A stretch of DNA of 64,000 nucleotides from Eledone cirrhosa (GCA_964016885.1 OZ024742.1:112468001-112532000); one strand, 5' to 3'; shown: positions 18,211 through 30,521, counted from the first letter of the stretch. The notes: generated by a model not told the origin, from the sequence alone. Program-made: numbers and translations.

Positions 18211-18212
<2 letters not shown>
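17988..18212. mobile_element. Tc1/mariner-type MITE
   Basis: Termini AGGTGTCC..GGACACCCTG resemble CAGGGTGTCC-type TIRs. Embedded in TA repeats. Confidence 0.45.
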
Positions 18213-18251
<39 letters not shown>

Positions 18252-18254
<3 letters not shown>

Positions 18255-18410
18255 TTATCCCGGGTTCAATCAGGGGTAACCACAGTAGGTAAGGTACTCA
18301 ATATTGTCTGCAGGCCTAGAACTGTTTCATTCGTGAGAAATCATCAGGAAGCTTCCTGATGATTTCTCACGAATGATGATTTCTCACGAATGAAACAGTT
18401 CTATTCCTGT
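18252..18410 (-). mobile_element. PLE-tail fragment folded back on itself, with degenerate hammerhead
   Basis: Palindrome centred on ggaagcttcc (~18348-18357). CTGATGA-tttc tcac gaat-GAAA-cagttcta on both arms. The + arm has a 17-bp internal duplication. Confidence 0.6.
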
Positions 18411-18440
18411 AAAAACTTTTCTATATTAAATATATATATA

Positions 18441-18830
18441 TAGTAATAATAATAAATTTGGAGACTAAAGTCCACATAGGGCTCGAAAGGGATACATATA
18501 TATCAAATATATAAGAACCCTGGAGCAAATATTTATTAAGATAACAGATTAAAGTTTAAGCAAAGAATCGCTGCTTTCACCCTTAACGGGATCTTCTGAA
18601 ACCAAATATAAAGTGTCGCCCTTTCTTCCAGCCGCGTCGGGTAACATGTTACCAGCCAGGTACTGGTGAAGTTCTCGCACATACAAGAGTCGTATTGTGG
18701 ATGATCCACTGGATCAAAAGAAGTTGGGATGTGTGGGATGATGAGATATATTTGGTTTCAAAAGATCCCGTTAAGAGTGAAAGCAGCGATTCTTTGCTTA
18801 AACTTTAATCTGTTATTTTAATAAATATAT
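18441..18830 (-). mobile_element. PLE-like tail (family A) with ~80-bp inversion, in (TA)n
   Basis: 18528-18610 is the reverse complement of 18747-18828. The same terminal module occurs at 44813-44912 and 52975-53135. Confidence 0.7.
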
Positions 18831-19679
18831 ATATATATATATATTACATTTAACATTCGCAAACTAGCTTGATTGGTACTATTTACTCTTCAGTGGCGAG
18901 CAGACACAAACAACCACACATCCCACCTTCTTTTGATCCAGTGGGTCATCTACAATACGACGCTTGTATGTGCGAGAATTTCATCAGTACCTGTCTCGTA
19001 ACATGTTACCCCACAAGGTTTGAACAAAATGCGACACTTTATATTTGGTTATACACTATAGAACAATAAGTTGGACCTCAGAATAAAACCGCTATATATT
19101 CTATAAGATATGCAAGCCACTGCTTGATTTCCTACCCAATAATTTGAAAGCTGAATGATTTCAAGAAATTCATTCAGAAATCTAATTTTGAACATAGTAA
19201 AATATTATTCTAATTTATACTGAATCTATATATGCAAGAAAGTTGTTTCAAATAGAAAATTGTATTTAGCGTTATTTTAAATATTCGTCTGAAAATTTCG
19301 TTTATTGATAAGATTTTTCATTTGTTTAATTTATTGATGTCTACATTTTTGTTTATTAAATCAAATTTTTAACATTTATTATTATTATTGGCTATTTGTT
19401 TGTATAGACGTTACATTGTAGGGTCCTTTGAGTTTTTTGTTTTCAAATATTTAAATCATTATTTTATTAATTTATTTGGAACAAAGGAACAAAATACATC
19501 AGTTTTTTTCCCGATTATTTAAACTGTGTAAGACGAATTAAAACCCACAACATTCTTTTCAATAGCGAGAATATAATTTCACATGACAGCACTTCGGACT
19601 GGTGTCCAAATGTTGACAATAACGTCGACACCACCCAGGCTCACCATCACCATATAGACATCACTACCAGGTCCTCCGT

Positions 19680-20330
19680 AATTAACAACAACACTAACTT
19701 CAGCAATAACAATAGCAATAACAATAGCAACAACACCAGCAGCAGTAGCAACAATAGTAAAAACAAGAGAAACATAGAATTAGTAACAACAATAAACGCA
19801 ACAGCGACAGCAGCAATATCAAGTACAAAATCATGTTTACAGCTAAGGCTGTGATACTATACAATTGTTCCATATAGACGTGAACAGGACATAAGAATGT
19901 CCCAGATAGCCATTGTTGTACTTGTTGTCGACTGTTGTTATCGCTGCTGTTGTTATTGACGTTGATGTTACCATTATTGCTGCTGTTAAAGTTGTTGCAG
20001 ACGTTACCATTATTGCTACTGTTAAAGTTGTTGCAGATATTGCTGCTGCTATTGTAGCTCTAGTGTCTTTGCCGATGCTGTTGCTTCTGCTGTTGCTTTT
20101 GCTTTTGTTGTTGGAGGTAGTAATAATGTCTAAAGTGGATAATAACGGCATAAGCACTACTGGTGAACAGCGAGAGCGGGAGCAACATAGATAGAGGCAG
20201 CAACATCACCGACAACGATAGCAACAATCGCAGGTGCAGCACCAGCACCAGAAGCAGCAGAAACATCAGCACTGCCACCAACAGCAACAATAGAAGCGTC
20301 ACCAAAAACACCAACATAAGACAATATAGA
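19680..20330. repeat. Cryptic (CAA/CAG)n and (TTG/CTG)n trinucleotide low-complexity region
   Basis: Alternating blocks of agcaacaat and gttgctgct. Confidence 0.75.
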
Positions 20331-20559
20331 AAACACCAAGGGTGTCTTCCAACAAAACTCTCCGTTTACTTCTCTCTCTCAACCTCCTCTAAACCAGTCA
20401 AACCACACACACTCTCACAAACACAAACACATTCTCATCCTTATCAGAGAATTCGCCGACAGGGGAACCGTCTCATATCGAAGTGGAGATGATGGTGACC
20501 CCTCCTAAAAACATCAATTTAGAAGACATACACGAAAAACATATCGTGCTTCACAAAAA

Positions 20560-21460
20560 TCACACATCAGATAACACACCCACAACAAATATTGATTAGA
20601 TTAGAATTTATATCATTTAGTAAAGCGGTAGCGATAAGAAATATATAGAAAGGCGTGGCAGCTAGTAGCTCCATGAGGAAAGATGATTTGGATTCGCATT
20701 GCAAAGATATGCTAGCTCCGAAAGACGAACTGGGCAACTTATTCAATGCAAAACAGGAAGGTTGCATTCGTCGGCGTCGGAGATAAGGCTGGTGAACTAA
20801 TAAATGGGGAAATGGAATCAGTTCGATACTCCTTAGTGGTTGAGTTGGAACGTGGCAAACGGCACAATTGGTCGTTGATTACCAAGTCAAGCGCGTGCTA
20901 CTTCATCCAAGCCAAGCATAATTGTGCAGCGTTTTGTCAGTAGATTGCGACAGTTCGTGACGAGCCGCAATTGAGAGACGGTGGATGACTACATTTACTA
21001 TCTTGGTGGCCTTTCGTGACTCTCGGCTACTAATGCGCTGTGCTACAGAAGGATAACGGTAGCCGAGATAAATGAAATCCTGGCTGATGTTACGCGAGGT
21101 AAATTGCCCGGTTTCGATGGACCCCACGTTGAGATTTATGTAATCATGCCAGGCATGTTTTCCGATCTCATTGAAGCTGTCTACGGAAACAATTTTCCTC
21201 ATCCAGTCATCTGTTGTTTTAAGTTAATACTCGAGTCCAATGATCGATATCTTGTATAATAGCTCGTGCTGGATTATTTTTCTACCAGAGTTTTGCCTAG
21301 GGATATAGACGCGATCCACCGTTGCTTTTGGGTGATGCATTTTATATCAAGTCAAACGTTTCCTGATTTTCGTGACCTTTCTCTTAATTTCGCTACCGTT
21401 CCAATTCACGATAGTGAAACTCTAGTTGTCAACTAGGATTGCAAGCGCATTTATAGCATA
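20560..21460 (-). mobile_element. Decayed APE-type LINE endonuclease region
   Basis: Minus strand IVNWNG.. near 21400-21415 (APE motif I-like), VYIP and LDLVI fragments. Heavily interrupted; GC higher than the flanks. Confidence 0.45.
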
Positions 21461-23164
21461 TAGCTTATTCTTCGATAGTACGTACCCTCCGGTACTGATC
21501 CTCCTTGCTGATCCTCTCTTTCATGCTAGCGTGTGGAGTACCTTGGTATTCATTGATCCTTAGATATATGTATTCTTGTTTCTATTCTAGTTCCTTAATT
21601 ATTGTATTTAAATATATTTCAATTTAGTACGTGCCTGTCGTTCTACCTTTCTTGAATGATCCTTTGACGCATAGTTTCAATGAAAATTCCATTCCTAAAT
21701 CATTGCTAAATTATTTGTCTTCAGTTGTCCATCAAATTCGCTGTTTTATTTGGCTTACAGTTTTACGTCATCCATATAAGACAGGTGATTGATGGTTTTG
21801 CTTTCTATTTCATAGCCATATATCATTTTGTTCAGTGGTAAAGATAGTGGCGTGTGTGTGTGCTATTTAATATATGAGAGGAGAAAACGAATCACTTTGA
21901 AAATACCACAGCTAATACTTATGCTTCTGGAATGTATAGATCCATCACTGTGTGACAATAATGTATTTCTAATCCAAATAGACATCTTTTATTTCAGGAT
22001 GTTTGATACTAGGCAAGTTTCGAAATCCATGAGTGGGGAGCACTCTCAAATGCTTTCTCATAGTCAATCCGAGCAATCCTCAGATTTATATATATTTTCA
22101 TGATAGTTTTTCTGAATCATCCGGTTAATGAGGTGTTGGTATTTGCACCCATAAGATCCAAGGCGACATCCTTCCTTCTCAATAAGAAACAAACAGGCAT
22201 TACATTTTCATACTTGGATACCATGGGATATGCATAGTTTAGCAACGCCACACGATTTTTATTAAAGATTAACAAGTCGAGTGAAGTCTCGCTTGTCTGT
22301 AAATTACAAAGTTCTTGATACAGGATCCGAAAGACATAGCCTGTGGATTATGAACGTAGTGGGCGTAATACACATTTACATTTAGAAATGCAGTGGTAAA
22401 AATAAAGCATTGATAACAAAATAAATTTCAGATTATGAAAATTATATATAAATATATGTATACATGTAAACACACACCCACACACACAAACACAGTCACA
22501 CACACTTACATACACATACATACAGATACATACACAAACATACAGACAGACACACACATAAACACACACGCACCCATGCACACACACACACACACACACA
22601 GACTCACATACACACACGCCGCACACATATATATATATAATTTTCCCCTCTTTTTCTTTAATCGTTTTTCGTTTTTCCTTTATTCTATTACGTCATCAAC
22701 AAATGAAAACCGACGCACATATATCACCTCAACTGAATGTGATATGTTAATGCCGCTATATATCTAAAGCTGTGCGTGGATATCTCCTGTTATTAAGGAA
22801 TAGGGATTTTAATGAGCTATCGATTCCGAAGTCTGGTACGATCGACACTGATTGTAATTTAATCTGATCAATCACGAAACGGGCGTCACACGTGAATAAA
22901 CATACTACTTTCGCAGATTTCTTAACCCTGGTTGCGTCTAAACGAGAGCAGTTGAAAATAGCAAGGGGAGTCTTGATATGGATATAGTTCTTCGCGTTCC
23001 TTTTATTCTAAGTCCAATATACTGAGGCAAGTCGCTCTCAAAGAATATCATGGAATGGGCCTTGATGATAGCCATATTCTGTATAAAATAGAATACTGTA
23101 ATATATGTATGACATTGAGTGTGTGTGTTTGTATGTCTTTAAGCATCTACACGATGTGACAGAC

Positions 23165-23214
<50 letters not shown>

Positions 23215-23218
<4 letters not shown>

Positions 23219-24320
23219 TAAGTTAAAAATGTACATCTACATATGCATACTGAAATACTAGTGTGTATATGAATACACACACGTATACATATGTAGGTGT
23301 ACCAAGTCTTTCACTGGTCGCTTTGCAGTGAGCGGCCAGCTATTCTGTATGTAAACACACAGACAAACCGGTTTTTAGAGTCATACTGGTTTTTCGGGGG
23401 AACACCTTCCCCCTTTTCTTCAGAAAGCCAGACAAGGAATATTGAACTAGTTTCGTTGTTGTTACAACTCATCAGCAATATTTACCTATCTACCGGCCTT
23501 TCTGGAGAATTGTAAAAGCACATATCGTTATATGCTTTTTCTATGAAAATTAGTAGTGGGCAGACTAATTTGCATAGAGTGTGAGTACGCACCGGTTCAG
23601 CGGAGACGATAAAAACAAATAACGAAACGAAATTAAATTTCGTTTCGTTTGTAACTCACTTTTGTATGACTGACGCTTAAACAATTAAGTGAAAGACTTG
23701 GTACACCTACATATGTATACGTGTGTGTATTCATATACACACTAGTATTTCAGTATGCATATGTAGGTGTACATTTTTAACTTAATTGTTTAAGCGTCAG
23801 TCATACAAAAGTGAGTTACAAACGAAACGAAATTTAATTTCGTTTCGTTATTTGTTTTTATCGTCTCCGCTGAACCGGTGCGTACTCACACTCTATGCAA
23901 ATTAGTCTGCCCACTACTAATTTTCATAGAAAAAGCATATAACGATATGTGCTTTTACAATTCTCCAGAAAGGCCGGTAGATAGGTAAATATTGCTGATG
24001 AGTTGTAACAACAACGAAACTAGTTCAATATTCCTTGTCTGGCTTTCTGTAGAATAGGGGGAAGGTATTCCCCCGAAAAACCAGTATGACTCTAAAAACC
24101 GGTTTGTCTGTGTGTTTACATACAGAATAGCTGGCCGCTCACTGCAAAGCGACCAGTGAAAGACTTGGTACACCTACATATGTATACGTGTGTGTATTCA
24201 TATACACACTAGTATTTCAGTATGCATATGTAGATGTACATTTTTAACTTAATTGTTTAAGCGTCAGTCATACAAAAGTGAGTTACAAACGAAACGAAAT
24301 TTAATTTCGTTTCGTTATTT

Positions 24321-24325
<5 letters not shown>
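23215..24325 (+). mobile_element. Retrozyme-like insertion of a 468-bp unit: one inverted unit (23215-23690) plus ~1.36 tandem units (23688-24325), flanked by (TA)n
   Basis: tgaaagacttggtacacc recurs at ~23689 and ~24157 (468-bp period). The left part is a near-perfect reverse complement. Each unit contains a hammerhead and no credible ORF. Confidence 0.8.
23988..24032 (+). ncRNA. Type I hammerhead ribozyme, canonical core (inverted copy at 23438-23482 on -)
   Basis: aatattg-CTGATGA-gttg taacaa caac-GAAA-CTAG-TT^-caatatt. 7-bp stem I, 4-bp stem II, palindromic stem III AACTAGTT. Confidence 0.9.
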
Positions 24326-24360
<35 letters not shown>

Positions 24361-24362
<2 letters not shown>

Positions 24363-24702
24363 ACATACGTTAACCTTGGTCTTCCTCTTCTAGTGTGTCC
24401 ATATAGGGGCTCTCACAGGAGCACTGGGTGCAATGTCAACTCTGGATGTCGGTGAGCATGTCCAGCTAATCTCAGTCTCTTCTGTGTCACTTTTGAGCTG
24501 ACTTTTGGGATGCTCCAATACAGCTCTGAGTTTTTCATCGTCAGTGTATACTGATTAATATTCAGAGCCATCCTCAGCATTCTCGTGTAGCACTCATCCA
24601 CCATCTTAGTCTGTTGAAGACCCAGGAGATGGCAGCGATAATGAATGCCATAAACCGCTGGAGAGAACTAGTCCATGGATCTCGGGAATTTTACCCGCCT
24701 TA
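24361..24702 (-). mobile_element. RTE-clade LINE 3' fragment with inversion
   Basis: Minus strand: YTRMLRMALNI..RLRLAGHAHRHPE..GHTRRGRPRLTYVD. Plus strand 24612-24702: EMAAIMN..RWRELV, the expected continuation in the opposite orientation. Confidence 0.8.
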
Positions 24703-24703
24703 G

Positions 24704-24746
<43 letters not shown>

Positions 24747-27011
24747 TCACTCGAAATCTGCTAATAGCAATGGACGGTAACGCTTGAAAAAGTGATAAGA
24801 CATTCAGACACTATTTACCGTGTTCATCCTCATATTGGTCAGTTGTATGTATTTGCTTTTCCGAATCACTTAGATTTACATTGTCTGTCATTAATTATTA
24901 TTGACGTTTAAAGCAACGTAAAGCCTCATGAGTGTCGCGTTAAATCAATATCAGTTTCAGCGGATGTGGAGGCATACATAAACATCACAGTTAGTAGTGT
25001 ATTAACAGATTTGCTTCATCTTTCATTTTCTCTATATATCTTTCATTCATAGTCTGGAGCCGACATATGTTTCGTATTTGAAATTTTCTAAAATAAAAGT
25101 GTGCATACATTCATCCAAGGTACATTAATATTCCTTCATGGAAGACTTAATCAGTTGGTAGTTATCAGACCACAAGCCGTTCGACGCAGGTTTCCCTTCA
25201 GAGGGAAACATTTGCTGATATTCCTGCTGTAGTTCCCTGACTGATAAAAGCAAATAGGAAATACAAACATCAAACTAAACTGAAGGTTGTCGTATATAAA
25301 GACATGTCCATTAATCTTAATCCTCTATAACAGTAAAATAAACTGCGTCGCTATATACCAAGTATTAATTTATTTCTTCAAGTGAGATGAAACTTAGTTT
25401 GCTTATTAGATTGCGATGACGGTTGATCTTGAGCAGAATGCATTAACAGATTTGAATAAAAAACCGACTATACGTGTACACGCTGTAATATTATGATTTC
25501 AGGCTTCTCTATGCAACTTACCACGAAAAGAACAAACCAAATTGTTGATGTGGCAAAGTTTCAATGATTGATTTGCTTCTTGGTTAATGCTGATATCGAC
25601 ATACATCATGTCAAGAAAATATTGTTAATTTCGAATAAGTGGTTAAATCTGGCTCAATTGTCCAGGTGAATGCATCATTGAAATCACACATAAATCACCT
25701 TACTGTCTTAGAAATTAAAAGACATATTTTATAATGTGATTGCAGATATTTGCAACTTCATAAAATAGACGAGGTGCGTATATTTGGAACGCCTTAGATC
25801 ATAGATGTTCACAATTATCATGGATTTCGGGCGAAGAAACTTCGGGCGAAGATTCAGTAATGTCTATTATTAAATCGGATGAACAACTATACACATGACC
25901 TGTGCTCCACAGCACATCTCCAAGCAGTACAGGGATCTTCCAACTTGGTTATAAATTCAATACAGCAAAACAAATTGCGAGATCAGTTAGCAGTTTCAAT
26001 GGATCTTTTCCCACATGTCTGGGTAGCGCATTTGACGTTCTGCCCAATGGAGCAAGTTGCTATCATAAGAATTCATTTCAAAGATACATTTAATTATCAC
26101 AATTAACGTATTTATTTTTAATCTGAATTAAATTACTAATTTAAAATAATTATGATTTTTTTTTTACATTCATTACAATTGAATCTATATCAAATACGAA
26201 AAGTAAATGTCAATGAAACCGAAGACAGAGCATTCGCATGGTCACACAGACATTCATTCCTAAATTTACGTAAAATATATTCGTTCATACATACATTCAT
26301 ACATACATACGGACATACATACACACATACATATATACATTTGGATTTAATGCTCTGAAAGAGCGATATATATGTGAAGACAAACATAGAATATTCGAAA
26401 ATATTCTGTATGTTTATAATAAACATTTTGAAGACCTAATCGCTATAGAATAGAATACGTCACGTATTACAATTTGAGATTCTCGATAAAAGCAAGGGAA
26501 GTAACCTACGCGTTTCATTCTTATTTGAAATCATCAGGATTACATATCCAATGCTTTTATCGAGAATGACGCAGCTAGAGACTTATAGAATACTTAGCTG
26601 TGTACAGAAACTGGTTTGAAAGAGCGGTTGCCGGTCCGGCAGAAATTAGAATTTGGATTTAATGCTCTGAAATAGCGATATATATGTGAAGACAAACATA
26701 GAATATTCGAAAATATTCTGTATGTTGATAATAAACATTTTGAAGACCTAATCGCTATAGAATAGAATACGTCACGTATTACAATTTGAGATTCTCGATA
26801 AAAGCAGGTCTTCAAAATGTTTATTATAAACATACAGAATATTTTCGAATATTCTATGTTTGTCTTCACATATATATCGCTATTTCAGAGCATTAAATCC
26901 AAATTCTAATTTCTGCCGGACCGGCAACCGCTCTTTCAAACCAGTTCCTCTACACAGCTAAGTATTCTATAAGTCTCTAGCTGTGTCATTCTCGATAAAA
27001 GCATTGGATAT

Positions 27012-27054
27012 GTAATCCTGATGATTTCAAATAAGAATGAAACGCGTAGGTTAC
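27012..27054 (+). ncRNA. Type I hammerhead ribozyme, copy 1
   Basis: gtaatc-CTGATGA-tttc aaataa gaat-GAAA-CGCG-TA^-ggttac. Palindromic stem III ACGCGT. Enclosed by the 16-bp helix attctcgataaaagca/tgcttttatcgagaat. Confidence 0.9.
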
Positions 27055-27323
27055 TTCCCTTGCTTTTATCGAGAATCTCAAATTGTAATACGTGACGTAT
27101 TCTATTCTATAGCGATTAGGTCTTCAAAATGTTTATTATAAACATACAGAATATTTTCGAATATTCTATGTTTGTCTTCACATATATATCGCTATTTCAG
27201 AGCATTAAATCCAAATTCTAATTTCTGCCGGACCGGCAACCGCTCTTTCAAACCAGTTCCTGTACACAGCTAAGTATTCTATAAGTCTCTAGCTGCGTCA
27301 TTCTCGATAAAAGCATTGGATAT

Positions 27324-27366
27324 GTAATCCTGATGATTTCAAATAAGAATGAAACGCGTAGGTTAC
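27324..27366 (+). ncRNA. Type I hammerhead ribozyme, copy 2 (third copy at 26501-26543 on -)
   Basis: Identical to 27012-27054 and 312 bp downstream. Confidence 0.9.
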
Positions 27367-28928
27367 TTCCCTTGCTTTTATCGAGAATCTCAAATTGTAA
27401 TACGTGACGTATTCTATTCTATAGCGAGTAGGTCTTCAAAATGTTTATTATAAACATACAGAATATTTTCGAATATTCTATGTTTGTCTTCACATATATA
27501 CATTTGTATTAACCGCACACCTACATTCGAATGAGTCGATATTGTTCAATCGAGGAAGGCAGTGAATTTGGATTGAACCTGTCACTGAGTAGTTTCAGTT
27601 TAAATTCCCTCATCACACAACTAAACCAACATTCTTTCTTATGTTGACTCCCTTCCCATTTCATATTCTCATTGGTTCTATGAAACAATTATCAAGTGTA
27701 AGTGTTTACAATAGTCGATTCAATCAACTAAACCAGATCTATATCAATATACTGTGTGTATTGCTAATGTTGGAAACTAATACGTTTTATACAACTGATG
27801 AAGAAGAGGAAAAAAAAAATAACAAAAAACTGAAGATAAAAATTAGAAACATTAGGGCAAATGATATCGTTCTAACTTAGACTGAAGAGGTTGCTACTTT
27901 AATCTATCTATATAAGCAATTACATTTGTCAGTCTAGTGTTTGTTACATTTACACGTACAGAAACCAAGATAGGATGTATCACATCTTTAGTACCATCAC
28001 ATATTTATGTGAAAGTCAATAAATGAGGTGAAATGAGAAAATAATTCTTAAGGCTAGTACTCACATGCGTGTAGCAAATACTATCTTTTTACTCTCCCTT
28101 AACGTATACAATATGACTTTTGTAAGAAGCAATGCTGTAGAGATAATATCATTGAACAGCGAAATACGAATTAAGTAATACCATAGAAAAGGACAGCAGC
28201 TTAATTGTCTTGGTCGCTTTTACAACGCGACACAATAATATCTAGACATGTGAGTTGTCACACCTGCACTGTGCTAAATGTCGAAATGAGTATCAGATAT
28301 TTTTTTCAACCAATTCATTACTAGAGAAGCGGGTGAGTGAAAAGATAATCTAGAGTATATACAATGTAATGTTTACCTGTTTCTGTATTTAGTTCAGTTC
28401 CACACGTTTCTCTTTTTAAATAATAATGTTCGTGTGTCCTATTTACATTTACTTTGCTGCAGCACTTGTTATTGTTCGATTTCGTTCTTCATTCATTTAA
28501 ATCAAATGTAATAATTTTAATCATAAAAAAAGTGAATTATTCTCAAATTGCCTTCATAAAGCTTCCTCTACATTCCAAGCCAAGACAAATGTCAGGAAAA
28601 AACACTAAATAAATAGGTTCTAAATTTTTACGTCTCTTATCAACTGAGTGCGTAAAACGTTATAACAGATTATAAAACCTTATAATACTTTTTTTTTTAA
28701 ATTCTTTTACGATAAGATTAATGTTAGATTAATGGGTTCTATATAGGTATATACACATATAGATTGTTAACATGATCTCTTGATGAATATGCATATCATT
28801 TGATTGTGTAGATACATTTAATTTGATTGAGATTCTTGTATATTTTTTTTTAATATATAGCTTATATGGTTAACAGTTCTAATGAACTGTAAATCATTCA
28901 TGCATTTATGTTTTTGTGTATTTATTCT

Positions 28929-29930
28929 TTTGGAGTATGTTAGTTTTATGATTCAGGATGTTTGATATATATATTTATATTTATTTATATATATATTTAT
29001 GGTATATGCGTCGCACACGATCCTAGTCGACAAACTTTTTCCACTTAACTTGATGTAACACTTCGATTATAACTTTATTACCAATGATTGTATTTATTAT
29101 TTATTATATGTATATGGATCACTAATATCGTTTTGACTTCCGAACAGAATACTCTATGTATATTTGGACAAATGTGTATATCTAGCTACATTTATAAGTA
29201 CTTTAGAAACTTAAGGACATTCTAGTGTTATAATTGTTAAATATTTTCTAAATTATATAACGATTATTATTTTTTTAATTTAATTAAATTCGAATTACCT
29301 TCGGGTCAATGAAAATCTGAAGTTTTATCTTTCTCATGTTTGATTATACTTTAAATATGATATTGTACTACAATATAGATCCTTAAAAATGTTTTCTTGT
29401 ATTTTTAAATCATATAGATTAGATATTTGACACTTTTATGATCGCAAGCAATTTACTTTTTTACTTTGAATCTGGTTCGTATCCTTATGATTCATGAAGT
29501 TTGATTTGTATATTTATAGTATATATATATTACATGATCCTAATATAATAACCTTAATTTTTAACAATATTAACAGTAACTTATTTACTATATTATATTA
29601 TATTATGTTATGTATAACTTACTAATATCGTCTTAAACTTTAGACAATATGCTCTTTGTATATATTTAGACAAATGCATATATCTAATTTAATAATACCC
29701 TTTTTTAAGTTTAATTATAAGGCCTTTAGATACTTTAAGGCATTCTATTGTTAATTTTAAATTTGTTAAAGTTATAACTGTAATTATTTTCTAAATTATA
29801 TAATGTCTATTATTTTAATATAAACATTTTTTTTAAATGTAATATAAGATAATATAATTTAATATGGTTTACCTTCGTGAAGATGAAAATATATCCTTCT
29901 CATGTTTGCAAATACTTCAAATATGATTTT
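28929..29930. repeat. Old diverged tandem duplication (~530-570-bp period), very AT-rich
   Basis: Colinear matching blocks: actaatatcgt (29121/29621), gacaaatg..tatatcta, ttaccttcg..atgaaaat, ttctcatgtttg..aaatatgat. Confidence 0.65.
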
Positions 29931-30521
29931 ATGAATTAAATATGATAGTATACTTTAATATTAATATAGATATTTATATTAATATAGATATCTATATTTT
30001 GAGTAATTCATTATTCTGAACTAACATAAATAAAGGATTTGAAACTTAACGTTCAGCCGGATACGTTTGGATATATATAGTGTATATAATTAATTATTAG
30101 TATATTTCTAATTAACTAAGGATTCGAAATTTAAACACAGATATATTTAATATTTAGATTGATGGATACCTCTACATAATTCAATAATTAAAAAATTCTA
30201 GTTTACTCCTACACAAAGCTATGCCTAAATGTATATTCATGTGTTTGTATATATATATATAATTTTTGCATTATTTAATCACACCCTATTCATCCACGAC
30301 AATACAAACCTCCCTCCCTATGCTTTACACTATAACATTTATTACTCCTTGTCTCTCTATCCTTGATCAATTCTCTTTTGCTTTCTATACTTCTAGTAAC
30401 TATATTTTCTCCTCATCTGTTTCTCTCTGTCTATCTTCTTTCTTCTTTCTTCTTTCTTCAATAAATTAAATTATTTGAATCTCTAAGAGTTATGTAATTA
30501 GCTACTATGTATTATTAAGGT

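Larger units (their letters stand above)
26341..27500 (+). mobile_element. Retrozyme-like array of a 312-bp unit: ~1.5 inverted units (26341-26806) plus ~2.2 tandem units (26806-27500)
   Basis: ggatttaatgctctgaaa at 26343 and 26655; CTGATGA at 27018 and 27330 (period 312). Copies are nearly identical. Confidence 0.85.

Noticed and set aside
19843-20492. PolyQ/Ser/Ala-rich ORFs as a host exon
   Set aside because: Trinucleotide low complexity opens frames on both strands; no domain or convincing splice sites.
23297-23515. 72-aa ORF present twice (23297-23515 + and 23955-24173 -)
   Set aside because: Duplicated only because of the inverted repeat; antisense to the hammerhead, GTG start, no recognisable motif.
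25500-26100. Possible further host exons upstream of the 25047-25240 candidate
   Set aside because: A donor-like site exists at ~25517-25522 (-), but there is no open frame with a credible acceptor.
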